From contig JAJZLN010000030.1 in assembly GCA_021803425.1 (NCBI GenBank), positions 1 to 61,628 of the forward strand: a stretch of 61,628 bases of DNA, read 5' to 3'. Position 1 is the stretch's first letter. Each line of letters begins with the position of its first letter. This DNA comes from Candidatus Micrarchaeota archaeon. Its GTDB lineage: Archaea > Micrarchaeota > Micrarchaeia > Micrarchaeales > CABMGC01. Shown here in pieces: positions 39,184-47,758 of the stretch. The notes below the pieces were generated by a model that did not search any database, was not told the origin of the DNA, and was given only the letters and a program-made list of their open reading frames with translations. A program made the position numbers and the translations under genes.

Positions 39184-39278
39184 TGGGGTCGCCGAGATTT
39201 TCATGGGTGGAAACCCAATTTGAACTCGGGTCTTGTGCTCCCTAAGCACAGAGCCTAACCAAGCTAGCAGACGACCCC
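39184..39278 (-). tRNA. tRNA-Pro, anticodon AGG (39241-39243), with a 21-nt T-loop intron at 59/60 (39198-39218)
   Basis: GGGGTCG/CGACCCC acceptor; TGTGC-TT AGG GA-GCACA; perfect BHB (TTCA/TGAA helix, two AAT bulges, TGGG/CCCA). Confidence 0.88.
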
Positions 39279-39319
39279 TCGTCTCATATTTACATCTCTT
39301 ATTATCTTAAACATTGCTA

Positions 39320-39520
39320 TTATTTCCTGCTATAGTTTATTATATCATCAATTAGCTCGACATGGCTTATGAGCATCCTTCTGCAGCAGTATCGCTTTAT
39401 TCCCATATCATCGAGAACTTTGCTTGAATCCTCTTTTTTCACGTTCACTCTTTCTGAGTACTCCTCCCATTTGTCGCCGACGACTTGGCCACATGAAAAG
39501 CATCTCACAGGTATCATCAT
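39320..39520 (-). CDS. rpoN: RNA polymerase subunit N (Rpo10)
   Basis: PVRCFSCG...RYCCRRM. Confidence 0.96.
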   Translation of the reverse strand: MMIPVRCFSCGQVVGDKWEEYSERVNVKKEDSSKVLDDMGIKRYCCRRMLISHVELIDDIINYSRK

Positions 39521-39563
39521 TTTATCACGCTTTATAATTGAAAACTAACATGCCGCAATACAA

Positions 39564-40112
39564 TCATCTGTACGACTTCTGGAACCTGGCCCTTGCCTTT
39601 GGTCCCCTGAACTTCTTTGGTTCGACCCTCCTTGTATCGTCTATCAAAAGATTTCTGTCGTAATCCATGTAAAGATTCCTCAGCGACTCCGGGGATGCGG
39701 ACGCTTTGAGGATTGCCTTTGCCACTGCAGACCTTGCAGCCTGCGCCTGGCCGCTGAATCCGCCTCCATAAACATTTATGCTTATATTTGATGTGCGCAT
39801 GATGTCGCCTGCAGCGCTAGTTGCCGTTATTGGTTCAAGTATCATGTCCCGTATCTCGCTCGGTTTTACCAGATTTATGTCCATGCCGTTGAATGTAACC
39901 CTCCCCGTGCCACCATACGAGAGTGTGGCTCTTGCTATGGCTCTCTTCCTCTTTCCCTTGGTGACGAGGTTCTTCTTTGACACTGCCTTTTTCTTCTGCT
40001 TTGAGGCTGCAGGTTTCCTGTTGGGCTGCGCCCTTGAAGCCTGTACTTTGGGCTGATACAGAGTTTCAAGCTCCTTGTCAAGATTCGAAATCGGCGTGTT
40101 TTCCTTTGGCAT
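39564..40112 (-). CDS. rps9: 30S ribosomal protein S9 (N-terminally extended)
   Basis: GKRKRAIARA, GGGFSGQA, ARARFQKSYR. Confidence 0.95.
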   Translation of the reverse strand: MPKENTPISNLDKELETLYQPKVQASRAQPNRKPAASKQKKKAVSKKNLVTKGKRKRAIARATLSYGGTGRVTFNGMDINLVKPSEIRDMILEPITATSAAGDIMRTSNISINVYGGGFSGQAQAARSAVAKAILKASASPESLRNLYMDYDRNLLIDDTRRVEPKKFRGPKARARFQKSYR

Positions 40113-40118
40113 TTAATA

Positions 40119-40556
40119 TCACCTGTCATAGCCCAACTTTTCAGTAAGCTGTTTTATGGTCATTGTACTCTCAAATATTTCATTGGGCATCTTTGACTTA
40201 ACATTATACACCTTAAGTTTTTTAAGCTCTTCAGGAGCGCCGATGTATACCCTTAGTCGCTTGAAGGCAGCTTTACCCTTCGGTTTCTTGTAAGGCAGCA
40301 TTCCCCTGACCACGCGCTTTACGAACATGTCTGGCCTCCTTGACCAGTATGGGGAGTGTTCCGGATTCGCCTTGTCCTTAAGCTCTATAAGCCTTTTGTA
40401 TTTGTCCGTGAGATCCTTAACGTGTCCGGTTATTACCATCTTTTCTGAATTTATCACCGATACGCTGTTTTCGTCAAGAAGAAGCTTGGCTACGCTGCTT
40501 GCCACCCTTCCGATGACCTTGTCAGAACCATCTATTACGTACTCCATAACCATCAC
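40119..40556 (-). CDS. rpl13: 50S ribosomal protein L13
   Basis: GRVAS..AK, RVVRGMLP. Confidence 0.95.
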   Translation of the reverse strand: MMVMEYVIDGSDKVIGRVASSVAKLLLDENSVSVINSEKMVITGHVKDLTDKYKRLIELKDKANPEHSPYWSRRPDMFVKRVVRGMLPYKKPKGKAAFKRLRVYIGAPEELKKLKVYNVKSKMPNEIFESTMTIKQLTEKLGYDR

Positions 40557-40901
40557 TCATATTATTATCCTTGCAGTCTTGTCGTTGAGTAAAGATTCTA
40601 CGCCAACTATGTTGCAGTTTGAAGACTTGAGCTTCTTTACTGCATCTGATGAAAAATCCATTGCAGCTATAGTTATCTTCTTTGCCATGCCTCCTGATCC
40701 AAGGACCTTTCCAGGCACTATGATCTTGTCGTTATCGTTTGCATACCTGCTGAGTTTTCTGAGATTCACGCATACCCTGGACCTCTTTGGCTTGGATGAG
40801 AGCTTGAGCAGATACGAGAGTTTTTTGCTCTTGTCTGCAGAAGCCGACATCGCCTTGTCTATGGAATTCGTCCAATCATTTATTTTTGTATTTTCTTTCA
40901 T
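40557..40901 (-). CDS. rpl18e: 50S ribosomal protein L18e
   Basis: VNLRKL, IVPGKVLGSG; start at MKENTK. Confidence 0.92.
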   Translation of the reverse strand: MKENTKINDWTNSIDKAMSASADKSKKLSYLLKLSSKPKRSRVCVNLRKLSRYANDNDKIIVPGKVLGSGGMAKKITIAAMDFSSDAVKKLKSSNCNIVGVESLLNDKTARIII

Positions 40902-40915
40902 GAAACCACGTGTTA

Positions 40916-41002
40916 TGCGGGGGGAGGGATTTGAACCCACGCAAGCACTAAAGCTACTGACACCTCAAGCCAGCGCATTTGGCCAAGCTCTGCCACCCCC
41001 GC
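40916..41002 (-). tRNA. tRNA-Leu(GAG)
   Basis: CTGGC-TT GAG GT-GTCAG, long variable arm, GGTTCAAATCC. Confidence 0.92.
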
Positions 41003-41010
41003 CTATAAAT

Positions 41011-41589
41011 TCATTTTTTAATCTCCTTTATTACCTCTTTTAATTCAGTATTTATTGCATTGAGAGCTTTTTGGACTATTTCAACTGGGGACATCTGGCC
41101 GAATGTTTCTATGTAGAATTCGAAGGATGAATCGCCAACTGATTTGTAAGTCACAAGTCCCGGCTGAAACTTCGAGCTTTTAATGGCATTTCGGCATATG
41201 GCTTTTGCGTCAACTTTTATTTTCTGCCCCTCGGCAAGCTTTATTATGGGTATCTTGTCATTGGCGACACTTACTTTGCTTGAGGTGCTCACGAGGTCTT
41301 TCGAATATACCGTGGCAGGCCCATCCACATTCAACGAGAATACAACCTCGTCCTTTTCATCGTAGTCCTTTGGAGTGCGTATTGGTATCAGCCCGATTCT
41401 ATGCGCAAGATACTCATCGAACATTGCACTGGAATTTTCATAGAACGTCACCTTATCTATGGCAAGTGAGCTTACGTTGTTTATCATGGACCTTCTGAGC
41501 GAGTTTGCGAACGCGAAGTTGGTTCCGTCTAACTTGAAGCTCAACGAATTGCCGTCATTGTGTAGAATGGAAAGTTTCATGCTGACCAT
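41011..41589 (-). CDS. rpoD: RNA polymerase subunit D (Rpo3)
   Basis: FANSLRR, DEYLAHRIGLIP, KSSKFQP. Confidence 0.93.
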   Translation of the reverse strand: MVSMKLSILHNDGNSLSFKLDGTNFAFANSLRRSMINNVSSLAIDKVTFYENSSAMFDEYLAHRIGLIPIRTPKDYDEKDEVVFSLNVDGPATVYSKDLVSTSSKVSVANDKIPIIKLAEGQKIKVDAKAICRNAIKSSKFQPGLVTYKSVGDSSFEFYIETFGQMSPVEIVQKALNAINTELKEVIKEIKK

Positions 41590-41665
41590 ATCAGACTCCT
41601 AAAACTAGGTTAATCAAGGAAAGTAATAGACTTTAATATATATAAATATTGGTTTACTTCCGCTA

Positions 41666-41683
41666 TTACGCAATTTTGCGTAA
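41666..41683. promoter_or_regulatory. Perfect inverted repeat TTACGCAA-TT-TTGCGTAA upstream of the rpoD promoter
   Basis: Seen directly; function unknown. Confidence 0.4.
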
Positions 41684-41737
41684 TTATAGAATCATAGCGG
41701 GAAAACCAACGAATTTGAACCGTTGGATGAAAGCGAA
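41684..41737 (+). mobile_element. Solo IS200/IS605-family left end
   Basis: 46/54 identical to the reverse complement of 54613-54666, with a compensatory A-T/C-G pair in the hairpin; begins with TTAT. Confidence 0.8.
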
Positions 41738-41848
41738 AGAGCCGTTACGGGCCTTTTAATCTCCGTGCCGAAGCGCAGCAGCATAGGATTTCCGCATCCG
41801 CATAGAATCTTTAAATACTTTTAAATTGAATTGTATTTACTGTATAGT

Positions 41849-42436
41849 ATGGACTTATGGGACTCTTTCAGAAGAAGAAAGGCGGACATGCTTGGATCGC
41901 AACCGTTGTTGCTCAACACCGGGGAGAGATGGAATTCGTCTTTTAATGCAGTGAAGGATACGTCCTTTGAGCTTCCAATAAACAAGGCAGTCTCCCTAAA
42001 ATATGAGGAAGAGCGGAGATATTTGGTGGCAAGAGACATAAACTATGACATGCTGCTAACTGTTTATGACGTAAATACACGCTATTTGTTTGCGGCAAGG
42101 ATTACTTTGATTCCGGGAAACGCTTCGTGGAAGTCCATTTTTTCAAAGCTGAAGAATATACGAACCCCAAATTTTGAGTTCAGGGCGATAGGGCTGCAGG
42201 ACAATTACACCGGGCCGATTGACGCCTTGGAGGTTCTGCACCGCAAAGTAAATGGAAAATTCATGGAATTTGATTTATTCGGAAAAAATACCAGGCATAT
42301 AGTGATAGACACTAAAACAGGTATGCCTTACGATCTGCTTCTGCTAAACAAAATATACAGAGCCGGAGAGCTGGCTTGCCAGACAAAAAAAGAAGATTTT
42401 AAGGACCTACAGGAAGTCACATTCATAAATGGTTGA
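41849..42436 (+). CDS. Hypothetical protein, CheD-like fold without the catalytic Cys/His
   Basis: LTVYDVNTRYLFAARI, FEFRAIG and EFDLFGKNTRHIVIDTKTG align by eye with CheD motifs. Confidence 0.5.
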   Translation: MDLWDSFRRRKADMLGSQPLLLNTGERWNSSFNAVKDTSFELPINKAVSLKYEEERRYLVARDINYDMLLTVYDVNTRYLFAARITLIPGNASWKSIFSKLKNIRTPNFEFRAIGLQDNYTGPIDALEVLHRKVNGKFMEFDLFGKNTRHIVIDTKTGMPYDLLLLNKIYRAGELACQTKKEDFKDLQEVTFING

Positions 42437-42943
42437 GTATACTGGCCCGGAAAGTGAAAGGTCACTCCTCTCCAACGACAACGAAGAAACCAGTATTTTG
42501 CCGAAAAAGAAATCGGAATGCTCATTTATATACGCGCGCAGGTCTTTGTTGTTTCCGCCTTTTACCCTGCACAGTGTCACGTGTGGGATATATTCCCTCT
42601 CGTTTTCGATTATTATTCCGTGAAGCTTAAGCTTTTCGCTTATGTTTCTGTATATTGATGGTATTATTACAGGATCATTTACCCTGGCGTATACAGTATG
42701 GATCTTATGTGCGCCGAAATAGGATATGCCCCTTATCTCAGCGTTGAACTTCTTGATTTTTATTGAGGAAAGTATGGCCTTCGCAGCGGCTTCCTGCTCG
42801 GCATTTATGTTTCCGAGATATTGCAGGGTTATGTGCAGATTTTTATTGCTGACTTTTATTACATTCCCGGGAATGCTTGTTATTACTTCTGAAATTTTGG
42901 CTTTTACGTCGTCTGGAAGATTTATGGCTATGAACGCACGCAT
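42407..42943 (-). CDS. thpR: RNA 2',3'-cyclic phosphodiesterase (2H family)
   Basis: MRAFIAI, HITL and PHVTL motifs. Confidence 0.92.
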   Translation of the reverse strand: MRAFIAINLPDDVKAKISEVITSIPGNVIKVSNKNLHITLQYLGNINAEQEAAAKAILSSIKIKKFNAEIRGISYFGAHKIHTVYARVNDPVIIPSIYRNISEKLKLHGIIIENEREYIPHVTLCRVKGGNNKDLRAYINEHSDFFFGKILVSSLSLERSDLSLSGPVYSTIYECDFL

Positions 42944-42983
42944 ACACTATATATAGCTTATTGCTTTATTTATCTTGATTTTG

Positions 42984-43310
42984 ATGGTAAGCCTCGAAAC
43001 CTTCTCCGCTTTGGACATAAGAATAGGAAAAATTGTGAATGCTGAAGAGCATGAAAAGGCGAGGAAACCAATGTATAAACTTACTGTTGATTTTGGCAGC
43101 AGCATAGGCACTCGCACCATTATCGCAGGCATAAGGGACCAATATGGAAAGGACGAACTGCTGGGAAAGAAAGTTGCATGTATTATAAATCTTGAACCCA
43201 AGATTATAGCTGGGGTAGAATCGCAGGGTATGATGCTTGCTGCAGGCGAAGAAAAAATTTCTGTGCTTGTGCCCGAAAGAGAGGTAGATGAAGGTTCAAG
43301 GGTGCACTGA
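42984..43310 (+). CDS. tRNA-binding OB-fold protein (CsaA/Trbp111-like)
   Basis: LDIRIGKI, NLEPK, ESQGMML. Confidence 0.88.
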   Translation: MVSLETFSALDIRIGKIVNAEEHEKARKPMYKLTVDFGSSIGTRTIIAGIRDQYGKDELLGKKVACIINLEPKIIAGVESQGMMLAAGEEKISVLVPEREVDEGSRVH

Positions 43311-43320
43311 TGTGGGTTTG

Positions 43321-43908
43321 ATGAGAAAGGATAACTTTGTGATTATGGGGATTTCGGGGCTGGGTGGCAGCGGAAAGGACACCGTGATAAACCACATACT
43401 GAAAAAAAGAAACGCAACCGTAGTGCACCTTAGAAAGCCTGTTGAAGAAGAACTTATAAAGAGGCATAGAAAGATTAACAACAAAAGCCTTAGGGAAATG
43501 GCGACTGCGCTTAGGGTAAAGCATGGTCCTGCGGTAATGATTCGCAGAAGCGTCAAAGAGATAGAAAAGGCATTTGGTAATTCGGATCTTGTGATAATAA
43601 ATTCGATAAAGTCTCTTGATGAGGTAGATTTCATAAACAATAGCCTTGACTACAGGTTTGAGCTTGTGGCAGTATATGCGAGCCCAGTCAAAAGATTCAG
43701 GAGGCTTGCGAAACGCGGGCTGAAATGGGACATGAAAGACTACAAAAGCTTCAGTTGGAGGGATAGAACCGAGCTTAAATGGGGGCTTGGAAGTGCAATG
43801 GCACTTTCAGACCATGTAATAGTCAATGACGGGACGATAAACGAACTTAATAAGGGCGTAGATTCGCTACTTAAGAAAATAGATTCTGATTCTAGAAGGA
43901 AGGATTGA
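43321..43908 (+). CDS. P-loop nucleoside/nucleotide kinase (UPF0200, dephospho-CoA kinase-like)
   Basis: GLGGSGKD, RLAKRG, RDRTELKWG, IVNDGT. Confidence 0.8.
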   Translation: MRKDNFVIMGISGLGGSGKDTVINHILKKRNATVVHLRKPVEEELIKRHRKINNKSLREMATALRVKHGPAVMIRRSVKEIEKAFGNSDLVIINSIKSLDEVDFINNSLDYRFELVAVYASPVKRFRRLAKRGLKWDMKDYKSFSWRDRTELKWGLGSAMALSDHVIVNDGTINELNKGVDSLLKKIDSDSRRKD

Positions 43909-43925
43909 ATTTGGATAGACCGAAA

Positions 43926-44267
43926 TCATAGCCTGGACATGTTTGCAACTATTACGTTGCGGTACTGTCTTTTGTCAACTTCGACTATCTTGCTGCGGAT
44001 TACGCGCATGCCGAATTCCGTCAATCCTAGCGGCTTTGCATCTTCGCCCTTTTCAGTAAAATCGACTATGCCCTCTTTTTTGAGTTTTTTAAGAGTATAC
44101 CATACTCCGCTTTGCGATACCTGGTACTTTGAGGCTATATAATCCACAAAATCTGTCGCAGTAGGGATCACGTTTAATCCGATTTCATACATCATGGTAA
44201 GTTCCTTCTCGGTGACCCTGAGTCGTTCCGGAACTTCATTTTCGATAACACTAGTTTGCAAAGGCAT
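43926..44267 (-). CDS. Winged-helix DNA-binding protein
   Basis: SQSGVWYTLKKLKKEGIV...LTEFG. Confidence 0.65.
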   Translation of the reverse strand: MPLQTSVIENEVPERLRVTEKELTMMYEIGLNVIPTATDFVDYIASKYQVSQSGVWYTLKKLKKEGIVDFTEKGEDAKPLGLTEFGMRVIRSKIVEVDKRQYRNVIVANMSRL

Positions 44268-44493
44268 AAGAGCACCACAAAAAAAGATTTTTATTTTTTG
44301 CCCTTATGCACCAAATATATTTGTATATATTTGATATATAACGAATGATGTTGCTACTGATACTGTTGGCACTACCGTTGAACCGGAAGTGCAGATGTTT
44401 CCCAAACCCTTACCAACTTTCATATGCAACACTATAATCTTATTTTGGATATAGCGTATTTAAATCTTTTCTTCAAAAAAATATTCTGTTGGT

Positions 44494-45351
44494 ATGTTGA
44501 CTTACCCTGAAGTGCCGGTAATAATATTGCTTCTTGTTAGTCTTGCATATGCGATGTTTGATGTATTTAACAGACGGAACGTGCCAAACACATTTGTTTA
44601 TGCAACTGTAATTCTTGGCTTTATTGTTGCAATAGCATTCAATTACAATGTTTTGACAACTATGTTTGGAATTGTTGCAGTTGTAGCCGTCTTCGGGTGG
44701 ATCCTGTACAAAAGCGGATTGCTAGGCGGCGGGGATGTTATGGAATTCATATTCATATCTCTTGTATTCCCGATCCAAAACATCCCGTATGTCACATCGC
44801 TCCCGCAATTTAACTTCCCTTTCATAATATCCGTGCTGATAGCTTCAGGATATGCTGCCTTGATATATATACCGATATATTATATCGCAGTGAAGAGGAA
44901 TTGCAAGCCCAGCAAGCCCAATGGAAAGGATGTAAGATCAGGCATCCTTATATTAGCCTCGTATATTATCTTCATTTTTTTCATCTATTTAACTTTCGGG
45001 CTGCGGATTGACGGGATTATTCTGATAGTTTTGCTGGCAGGGGCTTCTGCGCTGACAGTAATATATGAAAAGGATGTGTATAGGGGGATGGTCGAATTTA
45101 TATACCCTAAAATGCTTGAAGAAGGGGACATGATAGCTACAAACATGATGAGCAATACTCAGAAGAAGCGTTTTGAGGGCATAAGATCATTCGGAAGGCT
45201 AGCTACAGGCAAACTGATAAACGACACCAAGAACATCAAGATAAAGATACCGGTATACAGGGATTCTGTCCCGTTCGCGCTGTTTATATTCATTGGCGTA
45301 GTTATCTCGTTGGTTCTGGGCAACCTCATATTATTCATTATTGGAGTATAA
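44494..45351 (+). CDS. A24 family prepilin/class III signal peptidase
   Basis: AMFD (first Asp), LGGGD (second Asp), VPFALFI C-terminus, many TM helices. Confidence 0.85.
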   Translation: MLTYPEVPVIILLLVSLAYAMFDVFNRRNVPNTFVYATVILGFIVAIAFNYNVLTTMFGIVAVVAVFGWILYKSGLLGGGDVMEFIFISLVFPIQNIPYVTSLPQFNFPFIISVLIASGYAALIYIPIYYIAVKRNCKPSKPNGKDVRSGILILASYIIFIFFIYLTFGLRIDGIILIVLLAGASALTVIYEKDVYRGMVEFIYPKMLEEGDMIATNMMSNTQKKRFEGIRSFGRLATGKLINDTKNIKIKIPVYRDSVPFALFIFIGVVISLVLGNLILFIIGV

Positions 45352-45380
45352 GATTTCTAATGTGCACAACTAGGTGTAGT

Positions 45381-45968
45381 ATGTTTATTTCATTCGAAGG
45401 TATTGATGGTTCGGGAAAAACTACCCAAGCAAAGCTTATTTATGGGGAGCTTAAAAAAAGCGGGAAGTGCATGCTGACTAAGGAGCCAACGCAGGGAGAC
45501 ATAGGCAACTTCATCAAGAAACTGATAAAAAGGAGCAAAATAAATCCAATGGCAGTGCAGCTTCTCTTCGCAGCGGATAGATCATTTCATTTAGAAAACC
45601 TTGTAAAGCCAAAACTTGCGGAAGGATATACAATAATAACTGACAGATATCTGTTTTCAACAATAGCTTATGGAAAGGCCAGCGGCATCGATGAAACTTG
45701 GTTGAAGTCCGTAAATTCAAATTTCATGTTGCCTGATATAACCATCATATTTGACATAGAACCAAAAATCGCGATGGAGAGGATAGAAACTCGCGCAAAA
45801 ACACAGGCATATTTTGAGAAGGTAAAGTTCATGGAAGAGACGCGGCACATGTACCTGAAGCTTGCGAAAGAATATGAGAATTGTTTTGTGATAGATGCAT
45901 CCAAGCCAACAGATACGCTTAAAGATGAGATACTATCAATAATTAAAAATAATGCTCCTATCGTCTAG
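45381..45968 (+). CDS. tmk: Thymidylate kinase
   Basis: FEGIDGSGKTTQ, KEP, DRYLFS. Confidence 0.95.
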   Translation: MFISFEGIDGSGKTTQAKLIYGELKKSGKCMLTKEPTQGDIGNFIKKLIKRSKINPMAVQLLFAADRSFHLENLVKPKLAEGYTIITDRYLFSTIAYGKASGIDETWLKSVNSNFMLPDITIIFDIEPKIAMERIETRAKTQAYFEKVKFMEETRHMYLKLAKEYENCFVIDASKPTDTLKDEILSIIKNNAPIV

Positions 45969-46028
45969 TCCGGCCAAGGACGCGGGGCTTTCAACCCTGC
46001 AACTCGGGTTCAAATCCCGATGGGAGCA
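45954..46028 (+). tRNA. tRNA-Glu(TTC), overlapping the last 15 nt of tmk
   Basis: GCTCCTA/TGGGAGC acceptor; CGGGG-CT TTC AA-CCCTG. Confidence 0.92.
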
Positions 46029-46256
46029 ACCTAATCTATGAAGTATTCTAAGTCAACCGTTAGTATTATATACAATACTAACACGTATTGTATTATTATA
46101 CTCGACGAATGGCATCCGAAATAAATGCATTCCAGCGCATATCATACACGTCATCACTTATCTTATCTTTTCCAAGGTAGTCAAAGATTGCATCTGGATA
46201 GGCAAAAAAATTAACCACGCACAGCATATTAAAAATTAGTCGGATAATTAATTATT

Positions 46257-47567
46257 ATGACAAGGACTAACATAATGAAAACAAACATTGCATATTTTCT
46301 CCTTATTCTAGTTGTCTCGGCAATTATAATAATTGTCATTGCCGGATTTTTGAATCATAAAACGCCTGTTGAAGAACCCGTGTGTGTGCCGTTCTACTAT
46401 TACAATTCAACATCAAAACAATGCCAGCCCCAAACAATCTCCCCTGCATGCCCACCAAACCGTCCAGATTCAGAGGTATACTTCGCCTGCTCAGGAACCA
46501 AAATCACACCTGACATATGTCCTAGCAATTACACTTTCAACCGTGCGAAGTCACAATGTATAATCAACAACGGTGCAACTACAGCATCAACCACTACATT
46601 GATCTCTCTTAATACTTCCATCACTACAACACTAAATACCGCTAATCATAAATTTTCACAGCAGTTCTGCCTAAATGGAGATCAAAATACAACAGTAATG
46701 CGATATGCAATAGCTAATGGGATAAAATGCTTCAGAGCCGATATTTACAACAGCGAAAGCGAAATAAACTTTATTGCTAACGCAACTAAGGCCGGAGCAC
46801 AATATATCGGCATATTAGATTACGCGACGGTGGGAGCGCAACCTTCTATATATGGATGCGTATCAGGATGCAATTGGACATTGGACACGTGGAATGCGAG
46901 TATCGTAACAGCAATTGACGATTACCCCGAAATCCATGTATGGGAGATTTATAATGAGCCACTCGGAGCTAATTTTGCGAGCGGATATGAGAATAGAAAT
47001 GCGTCCCATTATTTCAACATGATAAAAAGTGCATATTCTATAATAAAGAGCAGGGATCCTAACGCCACAATTGTATGCTTTGGCGGAGCGCAGATGTTCT
47101 CAGCATTTTCAAGCAATAGCGTCCAAAATGAATTTATATTCTATCAGCAGGTATGGAAATATGGCGCATCAAAATATTGCGATGCAATATCTTTACATGC
47201 TTATAACCAGCCATATTACAACTTTGACCAGATAGTTAATAATGGAGTAACACTTGAGCAATCATATAATAATACATTGAATATGTACGAAAATCTTACA
47301 AACAAGCCTATCTGGATAACGGAGACAGGTATGCCATCCAATAACTGGACACCAGGAATCAACTATTCCGAGCAGAAACAGGCGGCATTCCTTGTGCAGG
47401 ACCTTAACTTTTTTGCGTCACATCCGTTTGTAAAGCGGATATATTGGTTCCACCTTATAGGTTATGCTAACAAAAGGGAAGACTATGGTTTGCTTAATAT
47501 GACAACATTGCAGCCAAAGCCGGCGTGGTATTCCTACCTTTATTTTATAGATAATGAAACAAATTAA
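46257..47567 (+). CDS. Membrane-anchored GH-A clan glycoside hydrolase (GH5/GH39-like)
   Basis: N-terminal TM, Cys-rich domain, Thr-rich linker, WEIYNEP, ISLHAY, KPIWITETG. Confidence 0.75.
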   Translation: MTRTNIMKTNIAYFLLILVVSAIIIIVIAGFLNHKTPVEEPVCVPFYYYNSTSKQCQPQTISPACPPNRPDSEVYFACSGTKITPDICPSNYTFNRAKSQCIINNGATTASTTTLISLNTSITTTLNTANHKFSQQFCLNGDQNTTVMRYAIANGIKCFRADIYNSESEINFIANATKAGAQYIGILDYATVGAQPSIYGCVSGCNWTLDTWNASIVTAIDDYPEIHVWEIYNEPLGANFASGYENRNASHYFNMIKSAYSIIKSRDPNATIVCFGGAQMFSAFSSNSVQNEFIFYQQVWKYGASKYCDAISLHAYNQPYYNFDQIVNNGVTLEQSYNNTLNMYENLTNKPIWITETGMPSNNWTPGINYSEQKQAAFLVQDLNFFASHPFVKRIYWFHLIGYANKREDYGLLNMTTLQPKPAWYSYLYFIDNETN

Positions 47568-47655
47568 GCTAGGTAAGGGAATCTCTGACATAATATCATT
47601 ATAGAAAATGTGCTACTACCATGGTGCCAAGATGAAGCTAGAAAAAGACGACAAA

Positions 47656-47677
47656 TCCGGCCAGGGACGCGGGGCTT
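47656..47677 (+). repeat. Partial tRNA-Glu copy (att-like direct repeat of 45969-45990)
   Basis: TCCGGCCAGGGACGCGGGGCTT vs TCCGGCCAAGGACGCGGGGCTT, 21/22. Confidence 0.75.
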
Positions 47678-47758
47678 CAGTTGGGATATAAAGCATAATG
47701 ACGCAATTTAGAAGAAAATGCTTTTAAATGGACTTGAATCAATAGTTTCTGATAAGAA

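Noticed and set aside
39239-39247. Reading the 39.2-kb tRNA as Leu(TAG)
   Set aside because: That register breaks the anticodon stem; there is no long variable arm, and the acceptor stem and G37 are Pro-like.
44304-44423. 39-aa minus-strand ORF upstream of the wHTH gene
   Set aside because: Short, no motif, and runs through AT-rich promoter-like sequence.
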